Shown here piece after piece: positions 1 to 15,800 of a DNA stretch of 53,801 bases (positions within the stretch are counted from its first letter, which is position 1; every line of letters begins with the position of its first letter). Position numbers and translations under genes: made by a program. The stretch comes from Nemertoderma westbladi (lineage: Eukaryota; Animalia; Xenacoelomorpha): positions 1 to 53,801 of the forward strand of contig JAUCBJ010002606.1 of assembly GCA_032718475.1 (NCBI GenBank), read 5' to 3'. Below the pieces are notes generated by a model that was not told where the DNA came from, ran no database searches, and was given only the letters and a program-made list of their open reading frames with translations.

Positions 1-285
1 ATCCCGCATTCCCGCTGGTACCGAACGTTAACTAGCTGGAAACTCCCGTGCCGTGGCGGCTTACCTGGTATCTGTTACCGGTATAGGCCTACTGACGTAC
101 CGGTACCCAGTATCCCGCATTCCCGCTGGTACCGAACGTGAATTAAACTTTTCGAAAAATGGCCCATAACGACCGCTCGTTCAAGTTTTACATACATGCC
201 AAGTCCCAGCAGCTCCAAGTTCGAGCACAGAGAGACATAGAGAGACATAGAGAGGGGCAGAGAGAATTTGGTATTATAGGTATAG

Positions 286-3200
286 AAATACACCAAAATA
301 GTTATTATTAGCCAGTAACTTGTTCTTATTGATAAGTATGTCGTGTACCTTTCGAAAAATTAGAATTTGGAAATTCTAAATTTTCGAAATTAAACTAATA
401 ACAACAAATAAGAACTGTTTACTGGCTTATAACAACAAATAAGAACTGTTTACTGGCTTATAACAACAAATAAGAACTGTTTACTGGCTTATAACAACAA
501 ATAAGAACTGTTTACTGGCTTATAACAACAAATAAGAACTGTTTACTGGCTTATAACAACAAATAAGAACTGTTTACTGGCTTATAACAACAAATAAGAA
601 CTGTTTACTGGCTTATAACAACAAATAAGAACTGTTTACTGGCTTATAACAACAAATAAGAACTGTTTACTGGCTTATAACAACAAATAAGAACTGTTTA
701 CTGGCTTATAACAACAAATAAGAACTGTTTACTGGCTTATAACAACAAATAAGAACTGTTTACTGGCTTATAACAACAAATAAGAACTGTTTACTGGCTT
801 ATAACAACAAATAAGAACTGTTTACTGGCTTATAACAACAAATAAGAACTGTTTACTGGCTTATAACAACAAATAAGAACTGTTTACTGGCTTATAACAA
901 CAAATAAGAACTGTTTACTGGCTTATAACAACAAATAAGAACTGTTTACTGGCTTATAACAACAAATAAGAACTGTTTACTGGCTTATAACAACAAATAA
1001 GAACTGTTTACTGGCTTATAACAACAAATAAGAACTGTTTACTGGCTTATAACAACAAATAAGAACTGTTTACTGGCTTATAACAACAAATAAGAACTGT
1101 TTACTGGCTTATAACAACAAATAAGAACTGTTTACTGGCTTATAACAACAAATAAGAACTGTTTACTGGCTTATAACAACAAATAAGAACTGTTTACTGG
1201 CTTATAACAACAAATAAGAACTGTTTACTGGCTTATAACAACAAATAAGAACTGTTTACTGGCTTATAACAACAAATAAGAACTGTTTACTGGCTTATAA
1301 CAACAAATAAGAACTGTTTACTGGCTTATAACAACAAATAAGAACTGTTTACTGGCTTATAACAACAAATAAGAACTGTTTACTGGCTTATAACAACAAA
1401 TAAGAACTGTTTACTGGCTTATAACAACAAATAAGAACTGTTTACTGGCTTATAACAACAAATAAGAACTGTTTACTGGCTTATAACAACAAATAAGAAC
1501 TGTTTACTGGCTTATAACAACAAATAAGAACTGTTTACTGGCTTATAACAACAAATAAGAACTGTTTACTGGCTTATAACAACAAATAAGAACTGTTTAC
1601 TGGCTTATAACAACAAATAAGAACTGTTTACTGGCTTATAACAACAAATAAGAACTGTTTACTGGCTTATAACAACAAATAAGAACTGTTTACTGGCTTA
1701 TAACAACAAATAAGAACTGTTTACTGGCTTATAACAACAAATAAGAACTGTTTACTGGCTTATAACAACAAATAAGAACTGTTTACTGGCTTATAACAAC
1801 AAATAAGAACTGTTTACTGGCTTATAACAACAAATAAGAACTGTTTACTGGCTTATAACAACAAATAAGAACTGTTTACTGGCTTATAACAACAAATAAG
1901 AACTGTTTACTGGCTTATAACAACAAATAAGAACTGTTTACTGGCTTATAACAACAAATAAGAACTGTTTACTGGCTTATAACAACAAATAAGAACTGTT
2001 TACTGGCTTATAACAACAAATAAGAACTGTTTACTGGCTTATAACAACAAATAAGAACTGTTTACTGGCTTATAACAACAAATAAGAACTGTTTACTGGC
2101 TTATAACAACAAATAAGAACTGTTTACTGGCTTATAACAACAAATAAGAACTGTTTACTGGCTTATAACAACAAATAAGAACTGTTTACTGGCTTATAAC
2201 AACAAATAAGAACTGTTTACTGGCTTATAACAACAAATAAGAACTGTTTACTGGCTTATAACAACAAATAAGAACTGTTTACTGGCTTATAACAACAAAT
2301 AAGAACTGTTTACTGGCTTATAACAACAAATAAGAACTGTTTACTGGCTTATAACAACAAATAAGAACTGTTTACTGGCTTATAACAACAAATAAGAACT
2401 GTTTACTGGCTTATAACAACAAATAAGAACTGTTTACTGGCTTATAACAACAAATAAGAACTGTTTACTGGCTTATAACAACAAATAAGAACTGTTTACT
2501 GGCTTATAACAACAAATAAGAACTGTTTACTGGCTTATAACAACAAATAAGAACTGTTTACTGGCTTATAACAACAAATAAGAACTGTTTACTGGCTTAT
2601 AACAACAAATAAGAACTGTTTACTGGCTTATAACAACAAATAAGAACTGTTTACTGGCTTATAACAACAAATAAGAACTGTTTACTGGCTTATAACAACA
2701 AATAAGAACTGTTTACTGGCTTATAACAACAAATAAGAACTGTTTACTGGCTTATAACAACAAATAAGAACTGTTTACTGGCTTATAACAACAAATAAGA
2801 ACTGTTTACTGGCTTATAACAACAAATAAGAACTGTTTACTGGCTTATAACAACAAATAAGAACTGTTTACTGGCTTATAACAACAAATAAGAACTGTTT
2901 ACTGGCTTATAACAACAAATAAGAACTGTTTACTGGCTTATAACAACAAATAAGAACTGTTTACTGGCTTATAACAACAAATAAGAACTGTTTACTGGCT
3001 TATAACAACAAATAAGAACTGTTTACTGGCTTATAACAACAAATAAGAACTGTTTACTGGCTTATAACAACAAATAAGAACTGTTTACTGGCTTATAACA
3101 ACAAATAAGAACTGTTTACTGGCTTATAACAACAAATAAGAACTGTTTACTGGCTTATAACAACAAATAAGAACTGTTTACTGGCTTATAACAACAAATA

Positions 3201-4260
3201 AGAACTGTTTACTGGCTTATAACAACAAATAAGAACTGTTTACTGGCTTATAACAACAAATAAGAACTGTTTACTGGCTTATAACAACAAATAAGAACTG
3301 TTTACTGGCTTATAACAACAAATAAGAACTGTTTACTGGCTTATAACAACAAATAAGAACTGTTTACTGGCTTATAACAACAAATAAGAACTGTTTACTG
3401 GCTTATAACAACAAATAAGAACTGTTTACTGGCTTATAACAACAAATAAGAACTGTTTACTGGCTTATAACAACAAATAAGAACTGTTTACTGGCTTATA
3501 ACAACAAATAAGAACTGTTTACTGGCTTATAACAACAAATAAGAACTGTTTACTGGCTTATAACAACAAATAAGAACTGTTTACTGGCTTATAACAACAA
3601 ATAAGAACTGTTTACTGGCTTATAACAACAAATAAGAACTGTTTACTGGCTTATAACAACAAATAAGAACTGTTTACTGGCTTATAACAACAAATAAGAA
3701 CTGTTTACTGGCTTATAACAACAAATAAGAACTGTTTACTGGCTTATAACAACAAATAAGAACTGTTACTGGCTTATAACAACAAATAAGAACTGTTTAC
3801 TGGCTTATAACAACAAATAAGAACTGTTTACTGGCTTATAACAACAAATAAGAACTGTTTACTGGCTTATAACAACAAATAAGAACTGTTTACTGGCTTA
3901 TAACAACAAATAAGAACTGTTACTGGCTTATAACAACAAATAAGAACTGCTTTACTGGCTTATAACAACAAATAAGAACTGTTTACTGGCTTATAACAAC
4001 AAATAAGAACTGTTACTGGCTTATAACAACAAATAAGAACTGTTTACTGGCTTATAACAACAAATAAGAACTGTTTACTGGCTTATAACAACAAATAAGA
4101 ACTGCTTTACTGGCTTATAACAACAAATAAGAACTGTTTACTGGCTTATAACAACAAATAAGAACTGTTTACTGGCTTATAACAACAAATAAGAACTGTT
4201 TACTGGCTTATAACAACAAATAAGAACTGTTTACTGGCTTATAACTATTTTGGTGTATTT
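286..4260. mobile_element. Palindromic/foldback (MITE-like) element whose right arm contains satellite A
   Basis: 286-330 (aaatacaccaaaatagttat..agccagtaac.tgttcttatt) is the near reverse complement of ~4219-4260 (aataagaactgtttactggcttataactattttggtgtattt). Central hairpin at 350-389 (tttcgaaaaattagaattt-gg-aaattctaaattttcgaaa). Confidence 0.6.
398..4245. repeat. Minisatellite A, 31-bp unit AACAACAAATAAGAACTGTTTACTGGCTTAT, ~124 copies
   Basis: Direct tandem periodicity; essentially identical units apart from a few 1-bp indels at ~3765-4110. Confidence 0.99.
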
Positions 4261-5058
4261 ATTACATAGAATAAAATACCTAGCACAAATGTAAAACATG
4301 CAACTTTGGAACGCCATATATCAGCTATTCAAATTACATATAATAATATATACAAATTCAGATATGCGATACATATTTAGAATCCTTGCACAGCCAGCTT
4401 TCCGTTAGTACCAACAAAACACTATAAGGTTGAATGAAGAATAACGGCGGTGTAACTTATACACTATCAACGATGTGATGTCACTGAATTATGACACTAC
4501 GTTTAAGGACATGGTGTACCAACTTTAGAAATAAAATGACTGGAAACATACGAGTGAGTCTGAAACATAAATAATCGGAAATTAACTAGAATTTTATATC
4601 AAAAGCCTGAAAAATCTTACTGAGATACAAATTTAGCTGATTGGACAAACATAATGTTTTAAATGGTTTCCCAGTGGATTTAGTGCAATTATAATCGCTG
4701 ATGTTGCATGAATGACAAGACGGCTGGGGGTATTAACAAGGGCAACCTACACCTTCAGGCCATTAGATGGAAATCAGTGATTCTCTGAGATAAGGAATGG
4801 TCAACCCCCCAACCCACTCCCACCTTACTATACCGCACTAAACGCATACGTCGAGAGCACCTGGTCGACTCCAGTGTAGTCCGTCCTCGATCGATACAGA
4901 GAAGGATCTAGAAATACTGCTGGATATCAATTAATTACGCCGACAACCGAGTAATACACAAATGAAAAATTTACTGTATGGGGCAATCAACCATCTTCGA
5001 TGCAATTCAAAAATTTATATGAAAGAATAATTACATGTGTCAAGCTAACAAAAAATCT

Positions 5059-7787
5059 TTCACCAATACAACGGACTACTGCTAATATTCACCAATACAA
5101 CGGACTACTGCTAATACCCAATACAACGGACTACTGCTAATATTCACCAATACAACGGACTACTGCTAATATTCACCAATACAACGGACTACTGTTAATA
5201 TTCACCAATACAACGGAGTACTGCTAATATTCACCAATACAACGGACTACTGCTAATATTCACCAATACAACGGACTACTGCTAATATTCACCAATACAA
5301 CGGACTACTGCTAATATTCACCAAGACAACGGATTACTGCTAATATTCACCAATACAACGGACTACTGCTAATATTCACCAATACAACGGACTACTGCTA
5401 ATATTCACCAATACAACGGACTACTGCTAATATTCACCGCAATACAACGGACTACTGCTAATATTCTCCAATACAACGGACTACTGCTAATATTCACCAA
5501 TACAACGGACTACTGCTAATATTCACCAATACAACGGACTACTGCTAATATTCACCAATACAACGGACTACTGCCAATATTCACCAATACAACGGAGTAC
5601 TGCTAATATTCTCCAATACAACGGACTACTGCTAATATTCACCAATACAACGGACTACTGCTAATATTCACCAATACAACGGACTACTGCTAATAATCCC
5701 CAATACAACGGACTACTGCTAATATTCACCAATACAACGGACTACTGCTAATATTCACCAATACAACGGACTACTGCTAATATTCTCCAATACAACGGAC
5801 TACTGCTAATATTCACCAATACAACGGACTACTGCTAATATTCACCAATACAACGGACTACTGCTAATATTCACCAATACAACGGACTACTGCTAATATT
5901 CACCAATACAACGGACTACTGCTAATATTCACCAATACAACGGACTACTGCTAATATTCACCAATACAACGGACTACTGCTAATATTCACCAATACAACG
6001 GACTACTGCTAATATTCACCAATACAACGGACTACTGCTAATATTCACCAATACAACGGACTACTGCTAATATTCACCAATACAACGGACTACTGCTAAT
6101 ATTCACCAATACAACGGACTACTGCTAATATTCACCAATACAACGGACTACTGCTAATATTCACCAATACAACGTACTACTGCTAATATTCACCAATACA
6201 ACGGACTACTGCTAATATTCACCAATACAACGGACTACTGCTAATAATCCCCAATACAACGGACTACTGTTAATATTCACCAATACAACGGAGTACTGCT
6301 AATATTCTCCAATACAACGGACTACTGCTAATATTCACCAATACAACGGACTACTGCTAATATTCACCAATACAACGGACTACTGCTAATATTCACCAAT
6401 ACAACGGACTACTGCTAATATTCACCAATACAACGGACTACTGCTAATATTCACCAATACAACGGACTACTGCTAATAATCCCCAATACAACGGACTACT
6501 GTTAATATTCACCAATACAACGGAGTACTGCTAATATTCTCCAATACAACGGACTACTGCTAATATTCACCAATACAACGGACTACTGCTAATATTCACC
6601 AATACAACGGACTACTGCTAATATTCACCAATACAACGGACTACTGCTAATATTCACCAATACAACGGACTACTGCTAATATTCACCAATACAACGGACT
6701 ACTGCTAATATTCACCAATACAACGTACTACTGCTAATACCCAATACAACGTACTACTGCTAATACCCAATACAACGGACTACTGCTAATATTCACCAAT
6801 ACAACGGACTACTGCTAATATTCACCAATACAACGGACTACTGCTAATATTCACCAATACAACGGACTACTGCTAATATTCACCAATACAACGGACTACT
6901 GCTAATATTCACCAATACAACGTACTACTGCTAATATTCACCAATACAACGGACTACTGCTAATATTCACCAATACAACGGACTACTGCTAATAATCCCC
7001 AATACAACGGACTACTGTTAATATTCACCAATACAACGGAGTACTGCTAATATTCTCCAATACAACGGACTACTGCTAATATTCACCAATACAACGGACT
7101 ACTGCTAATATTCACCAATACAACGGACTACTGCTAATATTCACCAATACAACGGACTACTGCTAATATTCACCAATACAACGGACTACTGCTAATATTC
7201 ACCAATACAACGGACTACTGCTAATATTCTCCAATACAACGGACTACTGCTAATATTCACCAATACAACGGACTACTGCTAATATTCACCAATACAACGG
7301 ACTACTGCTAATATTCACCAATACAACGGACTACTGCTAATATTCACCAATACAACGTACTACTGCTAATATTCACCAATACAACGGACTACTGCTAATA
7401 TTCACCAATACAACGGACTACTGCTAATATTCACCAATACAACGGACTACTGCTAATATTCACCAATACAACGTACTACTGCTAATATTCACCAATACAA
7501 CGGACTACTGCTAATATTCACCAATACAACGGACTACTGCTAATATTCACCAATACAACGGACTACTGCTAATATTCACCAATACAACGGACTACTGCTA
7601 ATATTCACCAATACAACGGACTACTGCTAATATTCACCAATACAACGGACTACTGCTAATATTCACCAATACAACGGACTACTGCTAATATTCACCAATA
7701 CAACGGACTACTGCTAATATTCACCAATACAACGGACTACTGCTAATATTCACCAATACAACGGACTACTGCTAATATTCACGAATA
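5059..7787. repeat. Minisatellite B, 29-bp unit CACCAATACAACGGACTACTGCTAATATT, ~94 copies
   Basis: Tandem periodicity; a linked variant block (aataatcccc / ctgttaat / ggagtact / ttctcc) recurs at ~6243, 6475 and 6991. Confidence 0.99.
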
Positions 7788-10700
7788 CCAATCGCCAATC
7801 AATCGATCAATACCAATTAATAATTAAGCAACAAAAAGTTCAAATTTAAGAATAAAATTACGTATTACATGGGAAAAAATGTATAACATTATCTTTTTCA
7901 ATATACTTCGACCCTATATTAATTTCGCTGGCGCTCGGTATTTTGTGAAAACCTGGTACTCTTCACAGGGGCGATTTTGTGGGACCTCTGGCCAAACAAA
8001 AAAATAATATTTTCCAATGTCAAATAATTTATCGCAGTTGTTCTAGTACGTGGGAATTACTGTAAGATCTTAAGATAGCCTACAAAGTAAAAACTGAATA
8101 ACCAACCAACAGCCGAAAATCAAAAAACCAAACATCGAGGTCAGCCCTACAAGGGAAATAAATAACAAGACGCTACCCCTGCAGTATAGAGTTATGGAGA
8201 GAGAAGCACTGAACAGAAAACTACGGCGTAAAAGTCAAAATTGATATCGACCAAATAAATCAACAAAAACTTCATTGAGATTGCTTTTATTATACTGCTA
8301 GAAAGGTTTCCCTCCATCCAATACAGTACCATGTAAAGTATCAAATTTCCAACCTCTCAATATGTGCATTAAGATTAATAGGAAACTTTGGGGCTTTTAT
8401 ATAAAGATTAGGAAAGTGCACTAGTGCCTCTTCTTTCTTACGAGTCCATTATCAACCATTGCAGCATATCACATTCGCAGCTTGACTTAATTTATCGTAT
8501 AATGAATATCGGCGATTAATATCGTATAATGAAGACGAGAGTTCATCGTGAATCCTAGAAAGTCTCATCTATTATTGCTTCTCCTTGTGTTCGTTCCTCA
8601 GATGTAAGTGTGGGTGGTGGCTTGGATGGGTGTGGGGGAAAATGGGAATATTGATAATTATAATCAACTACCGGTATCTAGTATTAGTTTAGGACAGATA
8701 GTGGCGTACAGTGACCGCAGTTTAAATAAGTGATAAGACAAAGCAAAACCAAAATAATTTAAGTTTAATTGGATAGTTCCATCGTTACATAAGTTACATC
8801 ACGCTTCATATAAATATTTTTACCCCCATATAAATATTTTTAATTTATAAATTTATAACATATTGTATGGCATTGTTTAGCATGTCAGTAACCACTTCAT
8901 AATAATGCATTGGCTATAATTTATGAGTTGTTGTTTCCACTTGACCTTGGTTTTGGTTGTTCAACTTCCTATATTGATGTGGCAGGAATCTACACCAGGG
9001 AATTAAACCCCACCATGTATATTGTATGTGTTAATCCCACTGCTTCTTCTGATTATGTTGGCGCGATGGCAACTGACATGGAAATAATAATTAATCTATT
9101 ACTTGTGTACTGGGGTGGTTAGCGCGGAGTATGAGAGAAATGGCAGTAATCGTGATGTGGATTATAAAAGGAATGAGTTTTTTACGTCGTCACCTATAAA
9201 ATAACAATTTAATCCCCAAGATGAAAATAATGCCTTAACATGACAACCACGCCTCTTGCCTCAAGAACTGTCGACATATATTTATCATTGTATTTCCCAA
9301 ACAAAAAATACAACTAATGAAATTGCCCACCGGAAACATCAGAAAGATAACACACTCGACTGACGTACAGTAGATACAACTCAAATCCTCATAACTCGTT
9401 TCAAAATTTGGCGAATTTTTTGAGCAGATTGAAGTAGTAGAGGCGGCATGTAATCCTAACCCTAAGGCATAATATAAGCAATTTGGCAAAATTAATCTTT
9501 AAAATAGATTTATTCGATTTACCATTTAGGAAGATGTTTTTAATATAACCTTTCCAATTTGATCCAAAACTTTTTTTGTGATTTTTAACAGACAGAACGA
9601 TACACTGCATCCAGACAGCCTTGGATTCTCATATTTAACGGACAAGACAGACATGCCGCCACCCTTTTTTTAGTAATATGTTTCATAAGAACTCCAATTG
9701 GGTATAGAAAATTAATAGCTTGCAAGCTATTTATTTATGAGAAATTGAAGCAGTGAACACTGTGCAGTAAACACCGGTTCAGTCCGCAAATCTCGTCGAT
9801 ATGAAATGAAATAAGGCCTATTGATGTCATGTCATTATTAAATGCCACATCGCTAAAGGTGACGTTGTATGGAATTCTACAAAGCTAAAAGGATAAGCTC
9901 CTCTAAAGTGATTCCTGACACGAATCTTGAGATTGTTTTAACGGATTTCTGACTTCTTGGTAGAATTAGGTAACCTACAGTAGTAATATGTTAATTAGGT
10001 AGAAAGGCAACGGATATCGTAGTGGCTAAGTGGATTCCTTCGGCAAGTCGGGTTAGGTTGCTTGCGACAGGAGCAAAGCTTACAGTCCGTGAATATTTAA
10101 GGAGGCGGATTGCCTTCCCTCAGGAATCGCACTGCCCATATAAAAATAGATGATCAGAAAATGGATAGAAACTTCTAGGTAGTTGTTAGTATAGGCGTTG
10201 TCAGAGTACATTGCACATCAGGCGTCAAGGCATATTTCCGTTGTGTTCACTCAGGCGGTGTGGGACGATACTCAGATGGGTTCTGTGACTCAAATGTCAA
10301 TCGGCATTCGCAACTGAATTATATTCAAGTTTACTTCATGAATATATTGGCCACGACAATATCGGCGGAATGTCATAGGAGAATTAATGTGTCACGGGGA
10401 AGCCCAACTTTACGCTTATGCACTGGCCGGGAAGGTAGTTGATATGTCCTTGGTAATAGTGGCTGTCGGATCATTATCGTGGCTGCCGGATCATTATCGC
10501 AACTGCTGGTGCATTATGTGACCCATTTACCCCAGATGACAGAAGGGGAAACACTGCCTATCGGCTCTAAAGGAATACTTCGCAAGACCTAGCAGAGAAA
10601 CGAGATTTCTCTCTATTTAGAACTCTAACCTACTATAAGAAATGAACCTGTTACGGTAGCGGAGTTGTGCGAATGCACGCCGTACCGTAAGCGTGAACTT

Positions 10701-10860
10701 GCGCGACTACGTGGCCAGCCAGGTGTGGATAGTTCATACTGTTGAATAACGAGTTTGATGTTTCTGTAGACTATAATATGTATATTGATCGTTGATAATA
10801 AGAAAGTAGTAAACGTAACTGAATATTAAACTGATGGTGGATAATAATCGTACTAATTGA

Positions 10861-11058
10861 TTCTTCTAGGATTGGCATGCTGCATTGCAGCTGCATTTTT
10901 AAGAATGCTGTGCCGGCTTGTAGACAAAATTGCGCCGCCACAACTCCCTATCACCCATGACATTTGCTAGATCATCCGCATCTTCAAGGCCAGTGTCCTT
11001 TAAGCTGTCCACCATGCTTATTCACTCCATGAGGTCGCCAAAGCCCAAGATTTTAGAT
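10861..11058 (-). mobile_element. Short 3'-end copy of the same RTE-like LINE found at 27902-28498
   Basis: 10866-11004 is the reverse complement of ~28354-28492 with few mismatches. 11005-11033 matches ~28301-28330, implying a ~23-bp internal deletion. Confidence 0.9.
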
Positions 11059-12832
11059 AAAGAGTTTCTTTAAAGTTGTTTAACCTACCTACAAAGCACA
11101 AGATTATGCACTGGGTGGCTACGTCCTTATTAGTAATTATTTCGCTACGTCCAATCTAAATGCTCACACTAGCTCCCGGGGTGGTTTAATAGTGAGATTG
11201 TTCCCCTTACTTGTTGTGTAATAATAGATTTAGTCCCGACTAAATATATCATTGTTGTTTTGGGTTGCCAATCTGGGTTGGCTTCCCTACCGTTGTTGGC
11301 CGCTGTATTGCTTAAAACTCCCAGTAGCTTTGGTCGCTATGGTAACAGAACCGCAAAGGGACACTCATCTGTTCGTTGAGGAATGTATTGTCTTGCGATC
11401 CTCTCCTATTGATAATATTCCCAAAGCGAAGGTGGGTGGAAAAAATAAATTAGCTACTTTTCCAAAATTTAAGAAGGATGGATCCTTTCTTTTCCACAAC
11501 AACTAGCACCACGACAGCACTCGCTTACACAGAAGTCCGTCTGTCCATTCCCGTGACTCCAAACGGTATCAGTGTCCAAAGAAAGGGCCATTAAGTTCAA
11601 ATTTTCGAATTTCTGTTTATTGTAGAATTGTACTCCCTATAAAAGGTGGTCATTTTGAAACCAAATTGGGATCTTTATGATCATTTTTGACCAATATATA
11701 ACAAAATAATATGTTTTGAAGATGCATGAAATAGGCGAATTAACAAAGTGGAGTAAATCAATGTTTTAAATTTCCAAAAAAATTTAAGCTGGTAGGTACA
11801 TACATGCCAACATGGAATTTCAATTTCAATTTGTATCGGTTTCATGAACTTTCATACAAAGATCTCTATTTTGGCATGTTCTAGGTTTTTTTGGGAGGCG
11901 AATTTAACTGAACTAATTATAATACTACCAAGAAACGAAAATACTACTTTTCACTGGGTGCAAAAAGGTGGTGCCACCACCATATATATTTCATGTATAT
12001 TTCGAAATTCTGAAATTTTCAGTTGTAAGCATTTTTGAGTGCTCCTTACTTTTCGCTAAATATCGTCCAGACGAAAAACGATATGACGAAGCCGATTGTT
12101 TATTTGATATCTCCATAAAATTTCGAACATAATGAGATAATAAAAAGAAAATCTAATTTCGAAAATTTTTCGAAAATTTCGAAATCGAATCGAAAAATCG
12201 AAATTTCACTTAGTGAAATCTAATTGACTCGAAGGTAGAATAAATTGTCAATGTGATCAAATTAGGATTGTCTTTGCAATTTATTGTTGTATTTTTTGCT
12301 TTCTGGTTTACAAAATTTATATTTTTCATTAATATTTTCATAATTTCACATTAATATTTAACACTACATAGTAATAACACAACTCTATACAAAAATTCAA
12401 AAATGAAAATGGCGCTGTCCTGACCCTGAATACATGGGATTGGGGTTTGCCTCTGCATCATCACCTTTTTTAAATATAAATGATAATAAAGAGTTTGAGT
12501 AAGTATATGTACGTGTACATGTATGTATACATGTATATGCTGTATAATTATACGGCATGTTATACTCGTATACAATGTGTAAGAGTATATAATAGCATAT
12601 ATTTAAATTATCTGCCTAGGTCTACTACTATTATTAACTACCGCCTTCTATTTGTAGATACTAACAATTCCCCATCACACAAAAAAACCACCGTAGTAGG
12701 ATAATAAGATCCTACGTTTAGAATAAATACATTGGGAAGTCGGATAGTGGTTATTTGTATTTCAAGGTTAAACACAATAGATAAAATAAGTAAGGCGACG
12801 GAATAAGTAAGGAAGGTAGCATCATATTAATA

Positions 12833-15800
12833 CCTCAGTTCCTAATACAGGGAGCAACAGTTCCTAATACAGCGAGCAACAGTTCCTAATACAGGGAGCA
12901 ACCTATCCCGAACACCTCAGTTCCTAATACAGGGAGCAACCTTTCCCGAACACCTCAGTTCCTAATACAGGGAGCAACCTTTCCCGAACACCTCAGTTCC
13001 TAATACAGGGAGCAACCTTTCCCGAACACCTCAGTTCCTAATACAGGGAGCAACCTTTCCCGAACACCTCAGTTCCTAATACAGGGAGCAACCTTTCCCG
13101 AACACCTCAGTTCCTAATACAGGGAGCAACCTTTCCCGAACACCTCAGTTCCTAATACAGGGAGCAACCTTTCCCGAACACCTCAGTTCCTAATACAGGG
13201 AGCAACCTTTCCCGAACACCTCAGTTCCTAATACAGGGAGCAACCTTTCCCGAACACCTCAGTTCCTAATACAGGGAGCAACCTTTCCCGAACACCTCAG
13301 TTCCTAATACAGGGAGCAACCTTTCCCGAACACCTCAGTTCCTAATACAGGGAGCAACCTTTCCCGAACACCTCAGTTCCTAATACAGGGAGCAACCTTT
13401 CCCGAACACCTCAGTTCCTAATACAGGGAGCAACCTATCCCGAACACCTCAGTTCCTAATACAGGGAGCAACCTTTCCCGAACATCTCAGTTCCTAATTC
13501 AGGGAGCAACCTTTCCCGAACCCCTCAGTTCCTAATACAGGGAGCAACCTTTCCTGAACACCTCAGTTCCTAATACAGGGAGCAACCTTTCCCGAACACC
13601 TCAGTTCCTAATACAGGGAGCAACCTATCCCGAACACCTCAGTTCCTAATACAGGGAGCAACCTATCCCGAACACCTCAGTTCCTAATTCAGGGAGCAAC
13701 CTATCCCGAACACCTCAGTTCCTAATACAGGGAGCAACCTTTCCCGAACACCTCAGTTCCTAATACAGGGAGCAACCTTTCCCGAACACCTCAGTTCCTA
13801 ATACAGGGAGCAACCTATCCCGAACCCCTCAGTTCCTAATACAGGGAGCAACCTATCCCGAACATCTCAGTTCCTAATACAGGGAGCAACCTTTCCCGAA
13901 CACCTCAGTTCCTAATACAGGGAGCAACCTATCCCGAACACCTCAGTTCCTAATACAGGGAGCAACCTTTCCCGAACACCTCAGTTCCTAATACAGGGAG
14001 CAACCTTTCCCGAACCCCTCAGTTCCTAATTCAGGGAGCAACCTTTCCCGAACACCTCAGTTCCTAATACAGGGAGCAACCTTTCCCGAACACCTCAGTT
14101 CCTAATACAGGGAGCAACCTTTCCCGAACACCTCAGTTCCTAATACAGGGAGCAACCTATCCCGAACCCCTCAGTTCCTAATACAGGGAGCACCTATCCC
14201 GAACATCTCAGTTCCTAATACAGGGAGCAACCTTTCCCGAACACCTCAGTTCCTAATACAGGGAGCAACCTATCCCGAACACCTCAGTTCCTAATACAGG
14301 GAGCAACCTTTCCCGAACACCTCAGTTCCTAATACAGGGAGCAACCTTTCCCGAACCCCTCAGTTCCTAAAACAGGGAGCAACCTTTCCCGAACACCTCA
14401 GTTCCTAATACAGGGAGCAACCTTTCCCGAACACCTCAGTTCCTAATACAGGGAGCAACCTTTCCCGAACACCTCAGTTCCTAATACAGGGAGCAACCTA
14501 TCCCGAACCCCTCAGTTCCTAATACAGGGAGCAACCTATCCCGAACATCTCAGTTCCTAATACAGGGAGCAACCTTTCCCGAACACCTCAGTTCCTAATA
14601 CAGGGAGCAACCTATCCCGAACACCTCAGTTCCTAATACAGGGAGCAACCTTTCCCGAACACCTCAGTTCCTAATACAGGGAGCAACCTTTCCCGAACCC
14701 CTCAGTTCCTAAAACAGGGAGCAACCTTTCCCGAACACCTCAGTTCCTAACACAGGGAGCAACAGTTCCTAATACAGCGAGCAAAAGTTCCTAATACAGG
14801 GAGCAACCTTTCCCGAATACCTCAGTTCCTAATACAGGGAGCAACCTTTCCCGAACACCTCAGTTCCTATCACAGGGAGCAACAGTTCCTAATACAGCGA
14901 GCAACAGTTCCTAATACAGGGAGAAACCTTTCCCGGACCCCTCAGTTCCTAATACAGGGAGCAACCTTTCCCGAATACCTCAGTTCCTAATACAGGGAAC
15001 CTTTCCCGAACCCCTCAGTTCCTAATACAGGGAGCAACCTTTCCCGAACACCTCAGTTCCTAATACAGGGAGCAACCTTTCCCGAACCCCTCAGTTCCTA
15101 ACACAGGGAGCAACAGTTCCTAATACAGCGAGCAACAGTTCCTAATACAGGGAGCAACCTTTCCCGGACCCCTCAGTTCCTAATACAGGGAGCAACCTTT
15201 CCCGAACCCCTCAGTTCCTAATACAGGGAGCAACCTTTCCCGAACACCTCAGTTCCTAATACAGGGAGCAACCTTTCCCGAACCCCTCAGTTCCTAATAC
15301 AGGGAGGAATCTTTCCCGAACACCTCAGTTCCTAATACAGGGAGCAACAGTTCCTAATACAGCGAGCAACAGTTCCTAATACAGGGAGCAACCTTTCCCG
15401 AACACCTCAGTTCCTAATACAGGGAGCAACAGTTCCTAATACAGGGAGCAACCTTTCCCGAACACCTCAGTTCCTAATACAGGGAGCAACCTTTCCCGAA
15501 CCCCTCAGTTCCTAATACAGGGAGCAACCTTTCCCGAACCCCTCAGTTCCTATCACAGGGAGCAACAGTTCCTAATACAGCGAGCAACAGTTCCTAATAC
15601 AGGGAGAAACCTTTCCCGGACCCCTCAGTTCCTAATACAGGGAGCAACCTTTCCCGAATACCTCAGTTCCTAATACAGGGAACCTTTCCCGAACCCCTCA
15701 GTTCCTAACACAGGGAGCAACAGTTCCTAATACAGCGAGCAACAGTTCCTAATACAGGGAGCAACCTTTCCCGGACCCCTCAGTTCCTAATACAGGGAGC

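Noticed and set aside
3760-4110. Cluster of 1-bp indel variants in satellite A as a biological signal
   Set aside because: All at the same GTTT run in an otherwise invariant array; could equally be long-read consensus errors.
8910-12704. Short ORFs of 60-84 aa in unique AT-rich sequence
   Set aside because: No motifs, expected by chance; may be decayed TE sequence but cannot be assigned.
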